DNA from: Porphyridium purpureum
Lineage: Eukaryota
Assembly (NCBI GenBank): GCA_008690995.1
Contig: VRMN01000019.1
Span: forward strand, 1-64,000
DNA length: 64,000 nucleotides
Direction: 5' to 3'
Positions 20,973 through 32,150 of this stretch are shown piece by piece. The position numbers were made by a program, and so were the translations under genes. How positions within the stretch are numbered: the stretch's first letter is position 1; each line of letters begins with the position of its first letter. The notes beneath the pieces are model-generated. The model had not been told where the DNA came from. It saw nothing but the letters and a program-made list of their open reading frames with translations, and made no database searches.

Positions 20973-23900
20973 TTGCTATTAGGGGGCCCCGTCTCCATCG
21001 CGGCGTGGGTCAACTTTTGCCGTGAGCGAGGCATCCCAAACTTTGAGCCGGGCGTTAGCGTCCGCGCCTCATTTCAGCGTTTCACAGTGCATTCCGTTGA
21101 CGACGTAGTGCATGACAGTAACGCCTCGCCAGTGACACCATCTGTAGAGCGCTTTGTAGATCGCGGGGTGCCTATGCACTTAATCGCTCCTGTGAATCGA
21201 TCCGAGGCAGCATCTCATTCTCCTCCGGCGTCGCGCGCTGAACAAACAAGCCCCGAGGCGCCTGCAGTACAAGCCCCCGCAAGCGTGCCTGGTGCGCGCG
21301 ATTTTATTCGCTACATGTCAGAAGTACGCTTCTCGGGTAGCCCGAACACAATTCCATTCCGAAGGTGGCGCAACCGCCTCGAGTCGGCACGGGAAATGTT
21401 CGGCGTGAACGATGCGCAGGTCGCGCGCGCCTTGCCACTCATCACGAGTGGTCAAGCTGAATCTCTCTTGTACGCCAAAGCGAGAGAGCTACCGAGACTC
21501 AGCCAGAAGCTTTCGTTGTTAGAGAAGTCGTTCGCAAGTGCCGCTGCCATGACCGCACAAAAGCAGGCCTTAAAAAGCGCGAATTTCGCCGTCTTCGTGA
21601 GTAAGGAGTCGACGCGTGTTCTCGCGTTTGACGCGCTTGTTAGGCACGTGGAAGACGTTTGCTCATTCCTTGGATACCCGTACGATGAGCCTGGCCAGGT
21701 GGCCGACCACGTAATTCAAGCGATGTACGCGTCGGATTATGCACCAACGCTCTCTCTTGCACTCATTGGGACGCGCGATGGAGCGGATGTCATTGCGGAA
21801 CTCCGTGTATTCCTGCACGAGCTGGACGCGCGTAATGGACGCTTGCTACCGGCAGCAACAGGCATCTACTACTCACGCCCTTCCGCTTCGTTTCAACACG
21901 CTCCACAGCCAAGCGCTCGTCCTCCTCAAGGCCTCCCTTATCGTCCACCCACATCGTCATATCGACCTCCTGTACGGAACCGTTCAGGAAACGAACGAGG
22001 AGCGCAAGTTTGTCAGCATTGTGGAAGGATGGGACATTCCCGAGAAATATGTTGGTCGCGAAACCCCCCTGCCGTTGGTCTTGTGCTCGATGAAGTACAG
22101 GAGGTACACGACACGACAACAAGTGGACACCGAGTCGCCTTTGAAGTTGAACCCGAAGGGGACGTGCAGCAGATTGGCGTTGAAGGGCCAGATCCGCGGG
22201 AGCCTGAGCAAGATTTTGGCGGGAATCTCGTCGCTTTCGCGTATGACGTCTACAGAACGCAGCATGTTTTGCCCACGGTGCCGCGCTGGCGCGTCTTCGT
22301 AGATTCCGGAGCTGGGCGTTCGGTGGCTGGCTGGCGCGCATACACGGAATACTGTCGGGCTCAAGGGAAAAGTTCGAAGTTGGCTCCGGCGGGCGGAGAA
22401 CAACCCGTAAACTGGGGTGGCCCATTGTCGCCCGTGGGCGTCGGTCGAGTCCGCATTCCGGTCGGGAAGGATCACTTCGTCGAGTTTAATCCCGTTGTCG
22501 TCGACAATGATGACCTGCCAATTCTATTTGGTGGACAAGATCAAGACCAGCATCATTTTGATCTCATCCGCACTACTGATCCACCGCGCTTGAGCTCTCC
22601 GTCCTTTTCTGTGCCGCTGCGTCGGCTCCATTCTGGCCACCTAGAAGTCGTTTTTCCGTCTCAAGGCGGCGCACCAAGTCTGTTGGATACTGCGCTTTAC
22701 ACTTCTGATGAGTTGATGACTTTACACAAACGATTTGGTCATGCATCAGCACACAAGGTTCGAAAGATTATCAACCTCGCAGGCGAGCGCATCGAACCCA
22801 GCGAGTTCAGGAAGTTTGAAGACGACGCCAGAAACTGCACTGTGTGTCAGTGGTATCAAGGTCGTCGGACAACGTACAAGGTTGCAGCGGAAATTAACGT
22901 CGAATTCAATCATGTGGTTCAGATGGATTTTGTCTTTATCGTGCACAATGGCCGGAATATTAAGGTCCTGCACGCTGTTTGTGCGGGCACTAAATGGAAC
23001 GCCGCCATCGAGTCCACCGATGGGACAGCGCCGGGTGTATTCAGCGATTTTTTTCGTATGTGGGTCTCGATATTTGGTGCGCCGCATCGCCTGGTAGTCG
23101 ACCGGGAGAAAGTTCTTGACTCGAATGACTTGGAAGTCATGTTCCTGAACGAGGGGTGTATCCTTGATCCAGTGGCCATCGAGTCCCATTGGAGCGTCGG
23201 GTACGTGGAACGACATCACGAGCCCCTGCGCAAGGTCTGCTCCCGGATTATGTTGGAAGATCCTAGCGCACAGTTCGCGGATGTGCTGTCTTTTGCCTTG
23301 CGTGCAATCAATACAACCACAGGTCCAGAAAACATCATCCCCTCCTTGTTGGTATTCGGTACTATCCCGAGGATTCATGTACGCTCGGAGGCGGCGATTC
23401 ACGATTCGCGAGAAAGCCAGGAGAGGCGCATTACGGCGATGCTGGTAGCACGCAACGAGTACGAAGTTTTAGTCTCGAAAATGAAACTCGCAGCGGCGCG
23501 CAGAACACGAACGCCGCAGTATCCGGGCGACAACGACGCGTTGGTACCGGGTGCAGCCGTTCTCGTGCGTCGTGAAAACGACCGTGCTTGGACCGGTCCA
23601 TATGTCTGCCACGGGGTTGATGGCACGCGCGCGCAGGTGTCGGTCTTAATGCCCTCACAAGTCAGCAGCGACCGGGCACGTGTGGCTGCGTTTAGTGTGA
23701 ACAATGTCAAGTTATACCGGGCACCCACGTCGCCAGCATTGATTTGCCTCTGGGCACAAACGTGCACGAGCGCGGAGGACGTGTTGTGGGAAAACGCGGA
23801 TCGGAAAGAAATGCAAGGAATTCTCGCGAGAGATGTCATCCGGCCGGTAGACCGGGTGCCGAAGGGTGCAACCATACTAGGCAGTCGTTTTGAACGTGTC

Positions 23901-25241
23901 GTTAAGGTTGACGGCACCCGCAAGTCTCGGTTCGTGGTCCAAGGTTTTCGCGACGTTGGAGCGGCCAACGTCAATGTGCATTCTCCCGTTCTCTCAAAAT
24001 ACTCACTGCGCCTGCTCATTTCGGTGGCCCGTATCCGCAACAACACTGTCGAATATCGAGACTACGCGCAAGCGTATCTACAGAGTGACTTCCCCCTCGC
24101 GCGTGCAGTCTACTTGCGCTTGAAACCTGAAGTTCGCCAACTTTTATCTACCCTCACTGATCTTCCGGACTATCCAGAATATGTGCACGTTGTGCGACCG
24201 CTTTATGGCTTAACAGAATCGGGAACGTATTGGTATGCAACGCTGCGCAAGGCGTTTGAGCGGGAAGGCTTCAAGGTTGCGGCGTTGGACGCATGCGTAA
24301 TGTATCTGCACGGCCACGGTGCCGTGGGTATCTTGGTCGACGACACAATTCTCGTCGGGGATGACTTTGCCAGGCGGGCAGAGTCTCGAGTTTCGGCTCG
24401 TTATGACAACAAGGGCTTGTCCGCACCTCCGTTTTCGTTCAATGGTTTCCGGGTCCTGCGACATGGGGACAATTACACGCTTGATCATCACAAATATGTT
24501 CGCGACAATTTATCAACCAGAGTCGTACGAGACTACAAAGAATTCCAGCAAGTTCGCGGCCAGTTGGCCTATGTGGCTACAGGTACGCGGCCTGACATTC
24601 TGTGCGCCGTGGCCCAGCTATCCCAAGTGACGACGACAACGTTTACGCATGAGCATGCGCGTCTGCTTCGAGCAGCTTGTCGCCAAGTGACAGATTTCCC
24701 GCGCTGCTTGTTCTTCAATGATTTGCGCAGCCCATTTCGGCTCAGAGTCTACGCAGACGCAAGTTACGCGTCCAACCCAGACCACACTTCACAAATTGGC
24801 TTCGCAATCTTTCTCGGCGACGATTCTGAAAATGCGCACTTGATACACGCGCAGTCAAACAAAAGCAGGCAAGTGGCGCATTCAGTTTTGAGTGCCGAAC
24901 TCTTGGCGCTTTGCATCGCTTTTGACTTTGCCGAAGCCGTGCAGCTCGAGCTGCTGGCGCACGGACTCAGTGTGCCCATTGTCCTTGCTACAGATAGCAA
25001 GCAGATATTCGACTCAATAACGAAAAGCTCGGTGCTTGCCGAAAAGAGACTGATGGTCCGCATGCTTGTTTTGCGCCAGGGCCTCGAAGACTTGCGCATC
25101 TCTCAAGTGCTCCATGTGCCTGGCGCTTCAAATATCGCAGACGCGCTTACGAAGAACCGTGCCTGTGCACTGTGGGATCGCTTCTTGCGAGAAGGCAAAC
25201 TTGCGCACGTCCATTCTGCGTCAGTATATCTTGTCGAATGA
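20973..25241 (+). CDS. Single-ORF Gag-Pol polyprotein (GalEa-like Copia), N-terminally truncated
   Basis: CQHCGRMGHSREIC, VDSGA, LHKRFGH..CTVC, MDF/VDRE/VERHH, KSRFVVQG, RPLYGLTESGTYWY, LVDD, YADASY, TDSKQIF, EKRLM, ADALTK. Confidence 0.9.
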   Translation: MLLGGPVSIAAWVNFCRERGIPNFEPGVSVRASFQRFTVHSVDDVVHDSNASPVTPSVERFVDRGVPMHLIAPVNRSEAASHSPPASRAEQTSPEAPAVQAPASVPGARDFIRYMSEVRFSGSPNTIPFRRWRNRLESAREMFGVNDAQVARALPLITSGQAESLLYAKARELPRLSQKLSLLEKSFASAAAMTAQKQALKSANFAVFVSKESTRVLAFDALVRHVEDVCSFLGYPYDEPGQVADHVIQAMYASDYAPTLSLALIGTRDGADVIAELRVFLHELDARNGRLLPAATGIYYSRPSASFQHAPQPSARPPQGLPYRPPTSSYRPPVRNRSGNERGAQVCQHCGRMGHSREICWSRNPPAVGLVLDEVQEVHDTTTSGHRVAFEVEPEGDVQQIGVEGPDPREPEQDFGGNLVAFAYDVYRTQHVLPTVPRWRVFVDSGAGRSVAGWRAYTEYCRAQGKSSKLAPAGGEQPVNWGGPLSPVGVGRVRIPVGKDHFVEFNPVVVDNDDLPILFGGQDQDQHHFDLIRTTDPPRLSSPSFSVPLRRLHSGHLEVVFPSQGGAPSLLDTALYTSDELMTLHKRFGHASAHKVRKIINLAGERIEPSEFRKFEDDARNCTVCQWYQGRRTTYKVAAEINVEFNHVVQMDFVFIVHNGRNIKVLHAVCAGTKWNAAIESTDGTAPGVFSDFFRMWVSIFGAPHRLVVDREKVLDSNDLEVMFLNEGCILDPVAIESHWSVGYVERHHEPLRKVCSRIMLEDPSAQFADVLSFALRAINTTTGPENIIPSLLVFGTIPRIHVRSEAAIHDSRESQERRITAMLVARNEYEVLVSKMKLAAARRTRTPQYPGDNDALVPGAAVLVRRENDRAWTGPYVCHGVDGTRAQVSVLMPSQVSSDRARVAAFSVNNVKLYRAPTSPALICLWAQTCTSAEDVLWENADRKEMQGILARDVIRPVDRVPKGATILGSRFERVVKVDGTRKSRFVVQGFRDVGAANVNVHSPVLSKYSLRLLISVARIRNNTVEYRDYAQAYLQSDFPLARAVYLRLKPEVRQLLSTLTDLPDYPEYVHVVRPLYGLTESGTYWYATLRKAFEREGFKVAALDACVMYLHGHGAVGILVDDTILVGDDFARRAESRVSARYDNKGLSAPPFSFNGFRVLRHGDNYTLDHHKYVRDNLSTRVVRDYKEFQQVRGQLAYVATGTRPDILCAVAQLSQVTTTTFTHEHARLLRAACRQVTDFPRCLFFNDLRSPFRLRVYADASYASNPDHTSQIGFAIFLGDDSENAHLIHAQSNKSRQVAHSVLSAELLALCIAFDFAEAVQLELLAHGLSVPIVLATDSKQIFDSITKSSVLAEKRLMVRMLVLRQGLEDLRISQVLHVPGASNIADALTKNRACALWDRFLREGKLAHVHSASVYLVE

Positions 25242-25631
25242 GAATAAGGATGAATGGAACATCCGTTTGGTGCAGCAAGGAGAGAACAGAAAAAGAAAAG
25301 AAAAGGGCGAGTGTCAGAAATCTTCCTACGGCTCTTGAGAACCCTGAAAATAACTCAGCACCAAACGTCTAGTGATGGGTATTTAATCGTGCGCGCTTCA
25401 CGCCTCGCGGCGTCAAGTCCAGGTCTTAGAGCAAGATAAAAGGAAAAGGGTTATAGCTTAAACGCGTGCGAGCGAAACTAGATTAGGTTCGGTCAAAAGG
25501 GTGACAGAGGGCTATAGCCACTCCTCATCAGACCACCGCGGCGCCCATGACCAGACGGTCGTCGGCTCGTTGGTTCCCTCGTGCGCTTCAAGGAGATATC
25601 TTCCGGGTCGCAACCCGACATCATTGCGACA
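20980..25631 (+). mobile_element. 5'-truncated Copia LTR retrotransposon, GalEa-like; 3' LTR at 25312-25631
   Basis: A purine tract precedes TGTCAGAAAT at 25312. The LTR end TTGCGACA is inferred from similarity to the LTR end of the 54784 element. The 5' LTR and the first about 95 codons are missing. Confidence 0.88.
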
Positions 25632-26778
25632 GCCGCACGTTGTTTCGCGTGCCGCGCACCGCGGTCCTGGACCTGCGTGTTCGCAAGATGGAGCGTGGAC
25701 CCAGATTCGCGAACATGAGCCCGAGTTGCCGGTCGAACACATCCTTGGCGCAAGTTGGATGCACCTGCTGCTTGTCGCGCTGCGATTTGTGCCGCACAAG
25801 CAGGCGCCTGCGAGCGTGGAGCAATTCCGCGTGTACGTTCAGAGCCTTCCAGACACATTCGATGACCCGACGCACTGGCACGGCGCGGCGCGCGCAGATG
25901 CACAGTTCGCCGCGCGACTGATTGCGGGCACAAACCTGCACGCGTCGCTTCCATCGTATCTGGCTGAAGTCGATACTCAGCGAGAAGCCGTGCTGCAAGT
26001 ACTACGAGCCGCGCGCTGCGACGCGCTCCTGATCGAGTCTGCGACGTCGGACAGGTGGAGATGGGCACGGTCAGCGCACTCAAGCCGGTGCTTTCCTCCG
26101 TCGTGGGTCGCTGCTTGTGAGCCTCCAACGTTACACCAGCACCAGACCGCGCCAATTTGTTTACCGTTCATGTCGACTGGCGCACTTGTGCCGGTTTTGG
26201 ATCTACTATATCACGCCCCACGGACGCAGGTGGCGTGGGATGCTGAGCTCCAAACCACCAGCATCAGCCTGCGCATCGAGCAGAATGTCGAACAGGGCGC
26301 GCAAGTGTTCAATAATTATGGAGCCAAGGCAAACGAGCAGTTGCTCCTTGCATACGGCTTTGCTGAGCATGACAACCCCGCTGACCTTGTGCGTCTCCGT
26401 TTCGCGCCCAGTCTCAGCGAGCAGCAGCGAGAGATGGTCGCCAAGCTGGGCGTTCGCGCCTCGGATGATGTCTACCACATCACTGCGGATGGAGGCGTGC
26501 CGCATAATCTTGTCCGCTTATTGCGAGTGGTCATGCTTGACGATTCGGACACGGGCGTGCTTGAAGAAGCTGCGCATGACCCAGAGCTGGAAGATGACGT
26601 GCGCCAAACCTTGAGGGACATGCTGGCTCGCAAGGTGGCCAAGATTGAAGATAATGAGGCGCTTGCTGAAAGCGAGCCGCTTTCATGCGCCTCGCGCTAT
26701 GCGCGCATATACGTCGAAGGGCAGTTGCGCCTTCTGAAAACCGCAATTGCGAGACTTGAGGCCGAAAGTGAGACGTGA
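25632..26778 (+). pseudogene. SET-domain lysine methyltransferase (Rubisco-LSMT/SETD3-like), 5'-truncated by the LTR
   Basis: TLFRVPRTAVL directly after the LTR (other frame), YVQSLP, LVPVLDLLYH, QVFNNYGAKANEQLLLAYGF, then a C-terminal substrate-binding-like region. Frameshift near 25680. Confidence 0.8.
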
Positions 26779-27685
26779 AATTCATGTATCATTCCGGTGT
26801 CGTGCATTTCGCTCGTACCATGATGGGCGCGGCTTTCATCGGCCAGCGCCGGCGCGCGGAATACGAAACCGTCGACGTGCGAAATTGTGGAAATGTCTGG
26901 GTCTTTGCATTCGTTGCGAGTGAGCAGAACAAGTAGTCAGGGAGAAAAAGGTGCGCTTGGCTGCGGCTCAACAGAATGCATTCAACTACTTGACCACGCG
27001 CATCTTGGCCTTGGGCTTGAACCCGGACGTTTCCGAGGTGCAAGAACACGACGCGGATGCCATGTCGCACTCACCTTGCCCAAGCACATCTACGTGCGAG
27101 GCACGCCGTCTACCTGCCGCCACTACCGGATGTTTTGCGGGTTGAAGATTCACGCGTGCCGTTTCCGCGCGAATTATTTTTCAAGCAGGGCGTCTACTGC
27201 AAGTGTGACTCGGATCCCTTTTCTCCACCTCTCAGTGTCGATGGCGCCGTCAGCTCGACATGGCACCACACGGGTTCCATCTGAAGCCCACAGCTTTTCT
27301 CCAGAGCCGCCGTCGATTTACGCCCATCCTGGAGCCATATCGGCGTTCAGACTCGGGCCTGCCGCACACGCGTCCTTCCACCTTTACTTGCCGCACCACC
27401 TGCACCTATGCACGCTGCTGCTCAGGCCGGCGGCCTGTCGCCGACTCGGACACGAACACGGGTGACCAGGCTCGCGCCACCTGTGCCCCATCCGGGCGGC
27501 AGCTGTTCAAAACCGTTGGCGCACGCGATGTCCAAGCAGCCGCGCAAACTCTCGCACGTTGGAAAATCCGTTTGTTGGTACCGCAAACTGCTGGTGCGTC
27601 TGAGTGGATTGGACCCGTGCGTGTGTGTGCGTGTGCCAGTGTGAATGAGGAGAGTGACGGCTCGCCGAACGCCGCGCAACGGGTG

Positions 27686-30427
27686 ATGGGACGGCCCAGT
27701 GAGCCTGGCGGCAGCGGCGTTTTGGACCCCTCGCGGAGGGATGTGCCTGAGACTGACGGACGCGATGGCGGCAACATCATACCCGACGCGTTCTCACTGC
27801 AAACCTCAGGTAGCTTGCAAAGCACACAAAGCCTGCCGCGTCAGAGCGGACTGTTGGACAGTCTAAGCTCGCTCATGGGCAAAAGCACCCGGGAACGGAA
27901 TGCAATGCGCGCGTCGCAGCGCGCCTCCCGGCACGCCTCGATGCGGTCGTCCTCAGGGTTGCCGGAGCGGAGTCTCGATACCAAGCTGGTGACTGACGTG
28001 TTCGAGGTGCACTCGCGCGGCGCGCCGCATAAACTGCTCATGGAATCGTTCAGCGGAAGCCAAGTAACTTGGTTGCTCTCCGCATGGGCGGTCGGTATCG
28101 TGCTTGCCATTGCGGTAGTCATTGTTCTGCTGACGGTCGGCGGGGGAAGCACTGGCACCGTTTCTATTGCAACGGGTCCAAATGGGGAGTCGAAGGAGTT
28201 CAACACTGTTTTGCGGTCGCTGATTCGGAGTTTGCGTTTCGAGATTATCATGGGCTGGGTCATGGGCGGTATGTATATAGCTCTTTGGTTGGACCTGTTG
28301 TACAATTGGCTCAAAGCGCCGTCAGGCATGCGCGTGGTGTATCAGCGCATGCTCGTCTTCGTGCTGCCGTTTTTCGTTGTGGGTGTTATTCCGTTTCCGG
28401 CCTATGGGTACTGGGAGTTTTTTGGTGATGTTGACGTGGACGTTTCGTTCGCATCTCTCAGCAGTGTGCTGAGCCTGCAGCAGGATCATCTCCGACCGCT
28501 GGTCATTGTTGGGGAAGCATGGTACTCTCTTCTGCAGGGTATCTTTCTGTTCTATGTACTGTGCAAGCCACGGTTGCTGCGCTCGGTTGAACGGCCGCGC
28601 GTAAGGACCTACGTGATGATTGGTGGAGCGTGCGCTTTTTACTCTGCTGCACTCTGCCTCGCATTGCTAGGCTTTGCGCTGGGTACGAACGCACCGGTCT
28701 TTTGCGGCTGGATCCGCATTATCCGCTGTGTCCAATTAGGAGTCGGTTCGGGGCCGACCCAGGTACCAAGCTTCATCTTCTCGTGGATCCTCTTTGTTGC
28801 CCTCTGCGACTTGGCATTTCTGATTGTGGTGTTTGTCGAGATTCGCAGGTCGGAGCGCGCACTGCGTGAAGTTGTATACCACCTGTTCCGTCCAGATATT
28901 CTCACTCTTTCTTTTTTCAAATTGGGTTTCATCCTCGTTGTGGCTTTCTCCTGGATCTTCACCGTCATCCAGCTCACGACACTGGACGTGAATACGAGCC
29001 GAGCTCTGATTCAGGCCACTGGCCGCCTGTTTGCCGATGATACTCGTTGGCAGGCTGCGATGTTTATCTTCCTTGCGTTTATGGTGGTCGAAGTGATCCT
29101 TTCGTATCCGGCGTCTGCCAAGAGATTCATGTTCATCATTCCGATTCAAAGGCTGGTGCGATCTGGCGAAGATCTTGAATGGAAGGCACTTATGAGCCAT
29201 GACCTGCAGACAAAGAATGTTATTCTCAGCTCGTCCGAACTCGTTCTCGAAATGCAAATTCTTTTAATGAATTTTTCGGCCTTCGCGTACGACTTTGGCG
29301 TGCCCGACCGTACGCCGCGTGACGTGAACGTGCTGTCCAAGGGTAAGTACAAGCTGGTGGCGCACATCACCAGCGAAACTACAGACACACACTGTATTGT
29401 CTGCGAGGCAGAGGACAGCATTGTCATCTCATTCCGTGGCACCAAGTCGACGCAAAACATCAAGTCGGACATTCAGGCGAGTACTCTTCACCTGCGGCAT
29501 GTTTTAGACTTTGACTCCGTGGAAATGTGCGACGAACTAGAAGATGTCAAGTTGCCGGAGAACACGAGCGGAATCTATGTAAGTCGCCCTGTTTCCGGGG
29601 CGTTAAATTTCGCGTTGCTGCGCCGACCCAACCTTGTTCAGAACAAAAATAACAATGTGCGTCTGTTGAGTAAGGCTTATGACCCTGCTCAGGAGCGCTA
29701 TTGTCGCGTTCACTCTGGCTTTGGCGAGGCGTACATCTCCGTTCGGCGCAGTGTGATTGTCTCGGTATTGACCCTACTAGCGGCGAAAAGGCGCCCGGTC
29801 TTCGTGACAGGTCACTCACTGGGCGGCGCGCTCGCAACGCTATGTGCTTACCATCTCAGCAAAGTTTCCAGCGAAAGCACACGCACTGAGATTGTACTGG
29901 TGACTTGCGGCTCTCCGCGTGTCGGTAATTTGTTTTTCCGTCGGCACTTCCATGATTATGTCAAACACGCGTGGCGTATTCACGTGGAGGGCGATCCCGT
30001 ACCACGCGTGCCCCATTTGCCTTACGTGCACGTGGGCAAGCAGATCATTCTGCGCATTGACGGCGAGATCGTGGCAGATCCAGCGATTGTCGAGATACTG
30101 CACGCCAAACGGCAGCCCATCAAGGTGGCGCATCACCGCATGTGGGTGTATCGAGGTATCGCGCAGACATTCTGCGAGCTGTACACGGCGCCGGACTACA
30201 TCCCTCATATGTGGGACCTGGGAGAGTTCCCCGAAGATCTTCGTCACGCCGTAAAGCCTTCTGCTCAGAAAATGCAGAGTGCGCAGTTTCTGCGACTGAA
30301 TCACATCATCCGGGAGCAGTTTGAATTCGAAAGTGCTTTTGATGCATTCAAGGCACAAGTCACGGAGAAGGTTGGCAGCCAATGGAAGGCGCTTGTTCAG
30401 AGACTGCTTGCTGAGACGTCAAGTTAG
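27686..30427 (+). CDS. Multi-pass membrane protein with C-terminal class 3 lipase
   Basis: About 8 hydrophobic segments, then ISFRGT, VHSGF, VTGHSLGGALA, GSPRVGN, DPVPRVP, HHRM. The start was chosen by comparison with the paralog (the ORF is open from 27260). Confidence 0.88.
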   Translation: MGRPSEPGGSGVLDPSRRDVPETDGRDGGNIIPDAFSLQTSGSLQSTQSLPRQSGLLDSLSSLMGKSTRERNAMRASQRASRHASMRSSSGLPERSLDTKLVTDVFEVHSRGAPHKLLMESFSGSQVTWLLSAWAVGIVLAIAVVIVLLTVGGGSTGTVSIATGPNGESKEFNTVLRSLIRSLRFEIIMGWVMGGMYIALWLDLLYNWLKAPSGMRVVYQRMLVFVLPFFVVGVIPFPAYGYWEFFGDVDVDVSFASLSSVLSLQQDHLRPLVIVGEAWYSLLQGIFLFYVLCKPRLLRSVERPRVRTYVMIGGACAFYSAALCLALLGFALGTNAPVFCGWIRIIRCVQLGVGSGPTQVPSFIFSWILFVALCDLAFLIVVFVEIRRSERALREVVYHLFRPDILTLSFFKLGFILVVAFSWIFTVIQLTTLDVNTSRALIQATGRLFADDTRWQAAMFIFLAFMVVEVILSYPASAKRFMFIIPIQRLVRSGEDLEWKALMSHDLQTKNVILSSSELVLEMQILLMNFSAFAYDFGVPDRTPRDVNVLSKGKYKLVAHITSETTDTHCIVCEAEDSIVISFRGTKSTQNIKSDIQASTLHLRHVLDFDSVEMCDELEDVKLPENTSGIYVSRPVSGALNFALLRRPNLVQNKNNNVRLLSKAYDPAQERYCRVHSGFGEAYISVRRSVIVSVLTLLAAKRRPVFVTGHSLGGALATLCAYHLSKVSSESTRTEIVLVTCGSPRVGNLFFRRHFHDYVKHAWRIHVEGDPVPRVPHLPYVHVGKQIILRIDGEIVADPAIVEILHAKRQPIKVAHHRMWVYRGIAQTFCELYTAPDYIPHMWDLGEFPEDLRHAVKPSAQKMQSAQFLRLNHIIREQFEFESAFDAFKAQVTEKVGSQWKALVQRLLAETSS

Positions 30428-32150
30428 TGCGGACATGTCTCGGCTTTGTCCCCACGTTGGGACCACTCCCGTAGGATTACCTTATGAACGTGAGCGTGAC
30501 AGAAGATGTCAGACGCGAGCTGTTGCTTGCTGGACCTCGAGAACGCGCTGATCAATGGAATGCGTGATCATAAATTTGTGCCCCACGCATCTGGCGTGTG
30601 ACACAAGACACGTTGCGGCCTGTTCGGCCCCGTTGGACTGCACAGTCGCGGGTGCCACCCCAAGAGTGCCACCCTAGCGTGGCAAATCCGCCACCAATGT
30701 TTTTGGGATCCCTTGGCTTGTCTTGCTTCCGAGCGTCAGGCAAGAGAGTCGTACTCCGAGGCAGCCTGCTCGGCATCAGTGCTGGAAATGCAATGGTCTC
30801 AATGCCATGTCGTCGGCCTGACCATCTCCATAGCTTGGATTGGGGATGTGCCTTGAAACTTGAATATACGTGCACGTCATTCTCTTTCCTTTCTTCCCAA
30901 GGGGCCGAAAGCGCCGAGCCGTCGTCGCACGTCTGACAGGTCGTCTACGCTCGCCTATGCAAGCCTTTTCGTATGGTGTGGCATGAGCACATGTAAGAGA
31001 GCGCGAGACGCCGGTGTAGGCTCCACGGCATCAAGTCGTGCTTTCATGGCCCCGCTCGTACAAGTCCTCCATCTCAGTCCTGCTACTCCATTTATGTTTT
31101 GACGGCGTCTGCACTTGGACATCAAATGTCGACCGGTTGGTCTTCGTGGGCGCCTTAGCTTTCCCGAGCTGCTTTGCGGATCCTTGTGACGTCTTCCGCA
31201 AGTACCGGTGTAAAGAGGGATGGACAATGACGAGTCATCTCGTCCCCTGTTTCTCGTCGGTGCGTTCGCCCCAACACACTAACGGTCAAAGTCCAGAATC
31301 ACCTGCAGGAGAGCCGCGTCGCCATTCTTTGACGTGATATAGCCAATATGCACATCTGCCGACTTGTCCTCGCAAATTGCCATGCGGTGGCATGTGGCGT
31401 GCGTCTCTCGGACGAGCACCACCATGTCGTCGGCGTGCAAGACACAGCGTTAGAACCGCAGTCCCGTGACGATTGTGAGATGCGTACAGACGTGCATGGC
31501 GTGGGCTTCCATGCCATCCGCCTCGTTCAGCTTTCTAATAACTGGTTCTCGCAGTCATTCCTATCTTCCCAAGTGCTATCTTTGTAAAGACAGAGGCAAA
31601 GGTAATAATCGAAGTGGATAATGCGTAATCAACGTGCAAACTTGTGCTACTTGGCCAGCTTGATCTTCGGTACGTCTAGGATATCCTCACGGCCATTTGC
31701 AAGACCAGCATGGATAGTACAGGCGATCAGCGCGACGCGCATGAAAACGATGGCGAGATCTCGTCGCAGCGGCGCTGCTAGAAAGCAGCGAATGATGCTG
31801 TCCCGTACAACTGCGCTTAAAGGCGCGAACATGCGCAACCATACGAGAGATTTTCCGTGTACGGTATATGCTTTTGAGAGTTGCAGTGCAAAGCTATACT
31901 CCACTGGCATGCGTATCGGCCCGTGTAGCCGTCTCATCGCCGAGATTTCCCCATCGAATCGTGCACGTCGTTGCACTGCGGCTCCGTTTGCGTTTGCGAC
32001 CAATATAGAGCAGTGTCTGTGTCATTCCTTCAAATCATTTACACATTGGAATCATGCTGGTGCCGAACGCCGGCCTTTGAGCAATCCAATGGGGCTTTCA
32101 GACCATCCCTAGCGTAAGCAGTGTCTAGAGCAATACGGTTACACAAAGCA

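Noticed and set aside
25501..25631. Apparent N-terminus of a 425-aa SET protein
   Set aside because: It lies inside the 3' LTR; the true SET frame at the junction is a different one.
30430..32150. Short ORFs between the convergent lipase genes
   Set aside because: No recognisable motifs; consistent with chance ORFs in GC-rich intergenic DNA.
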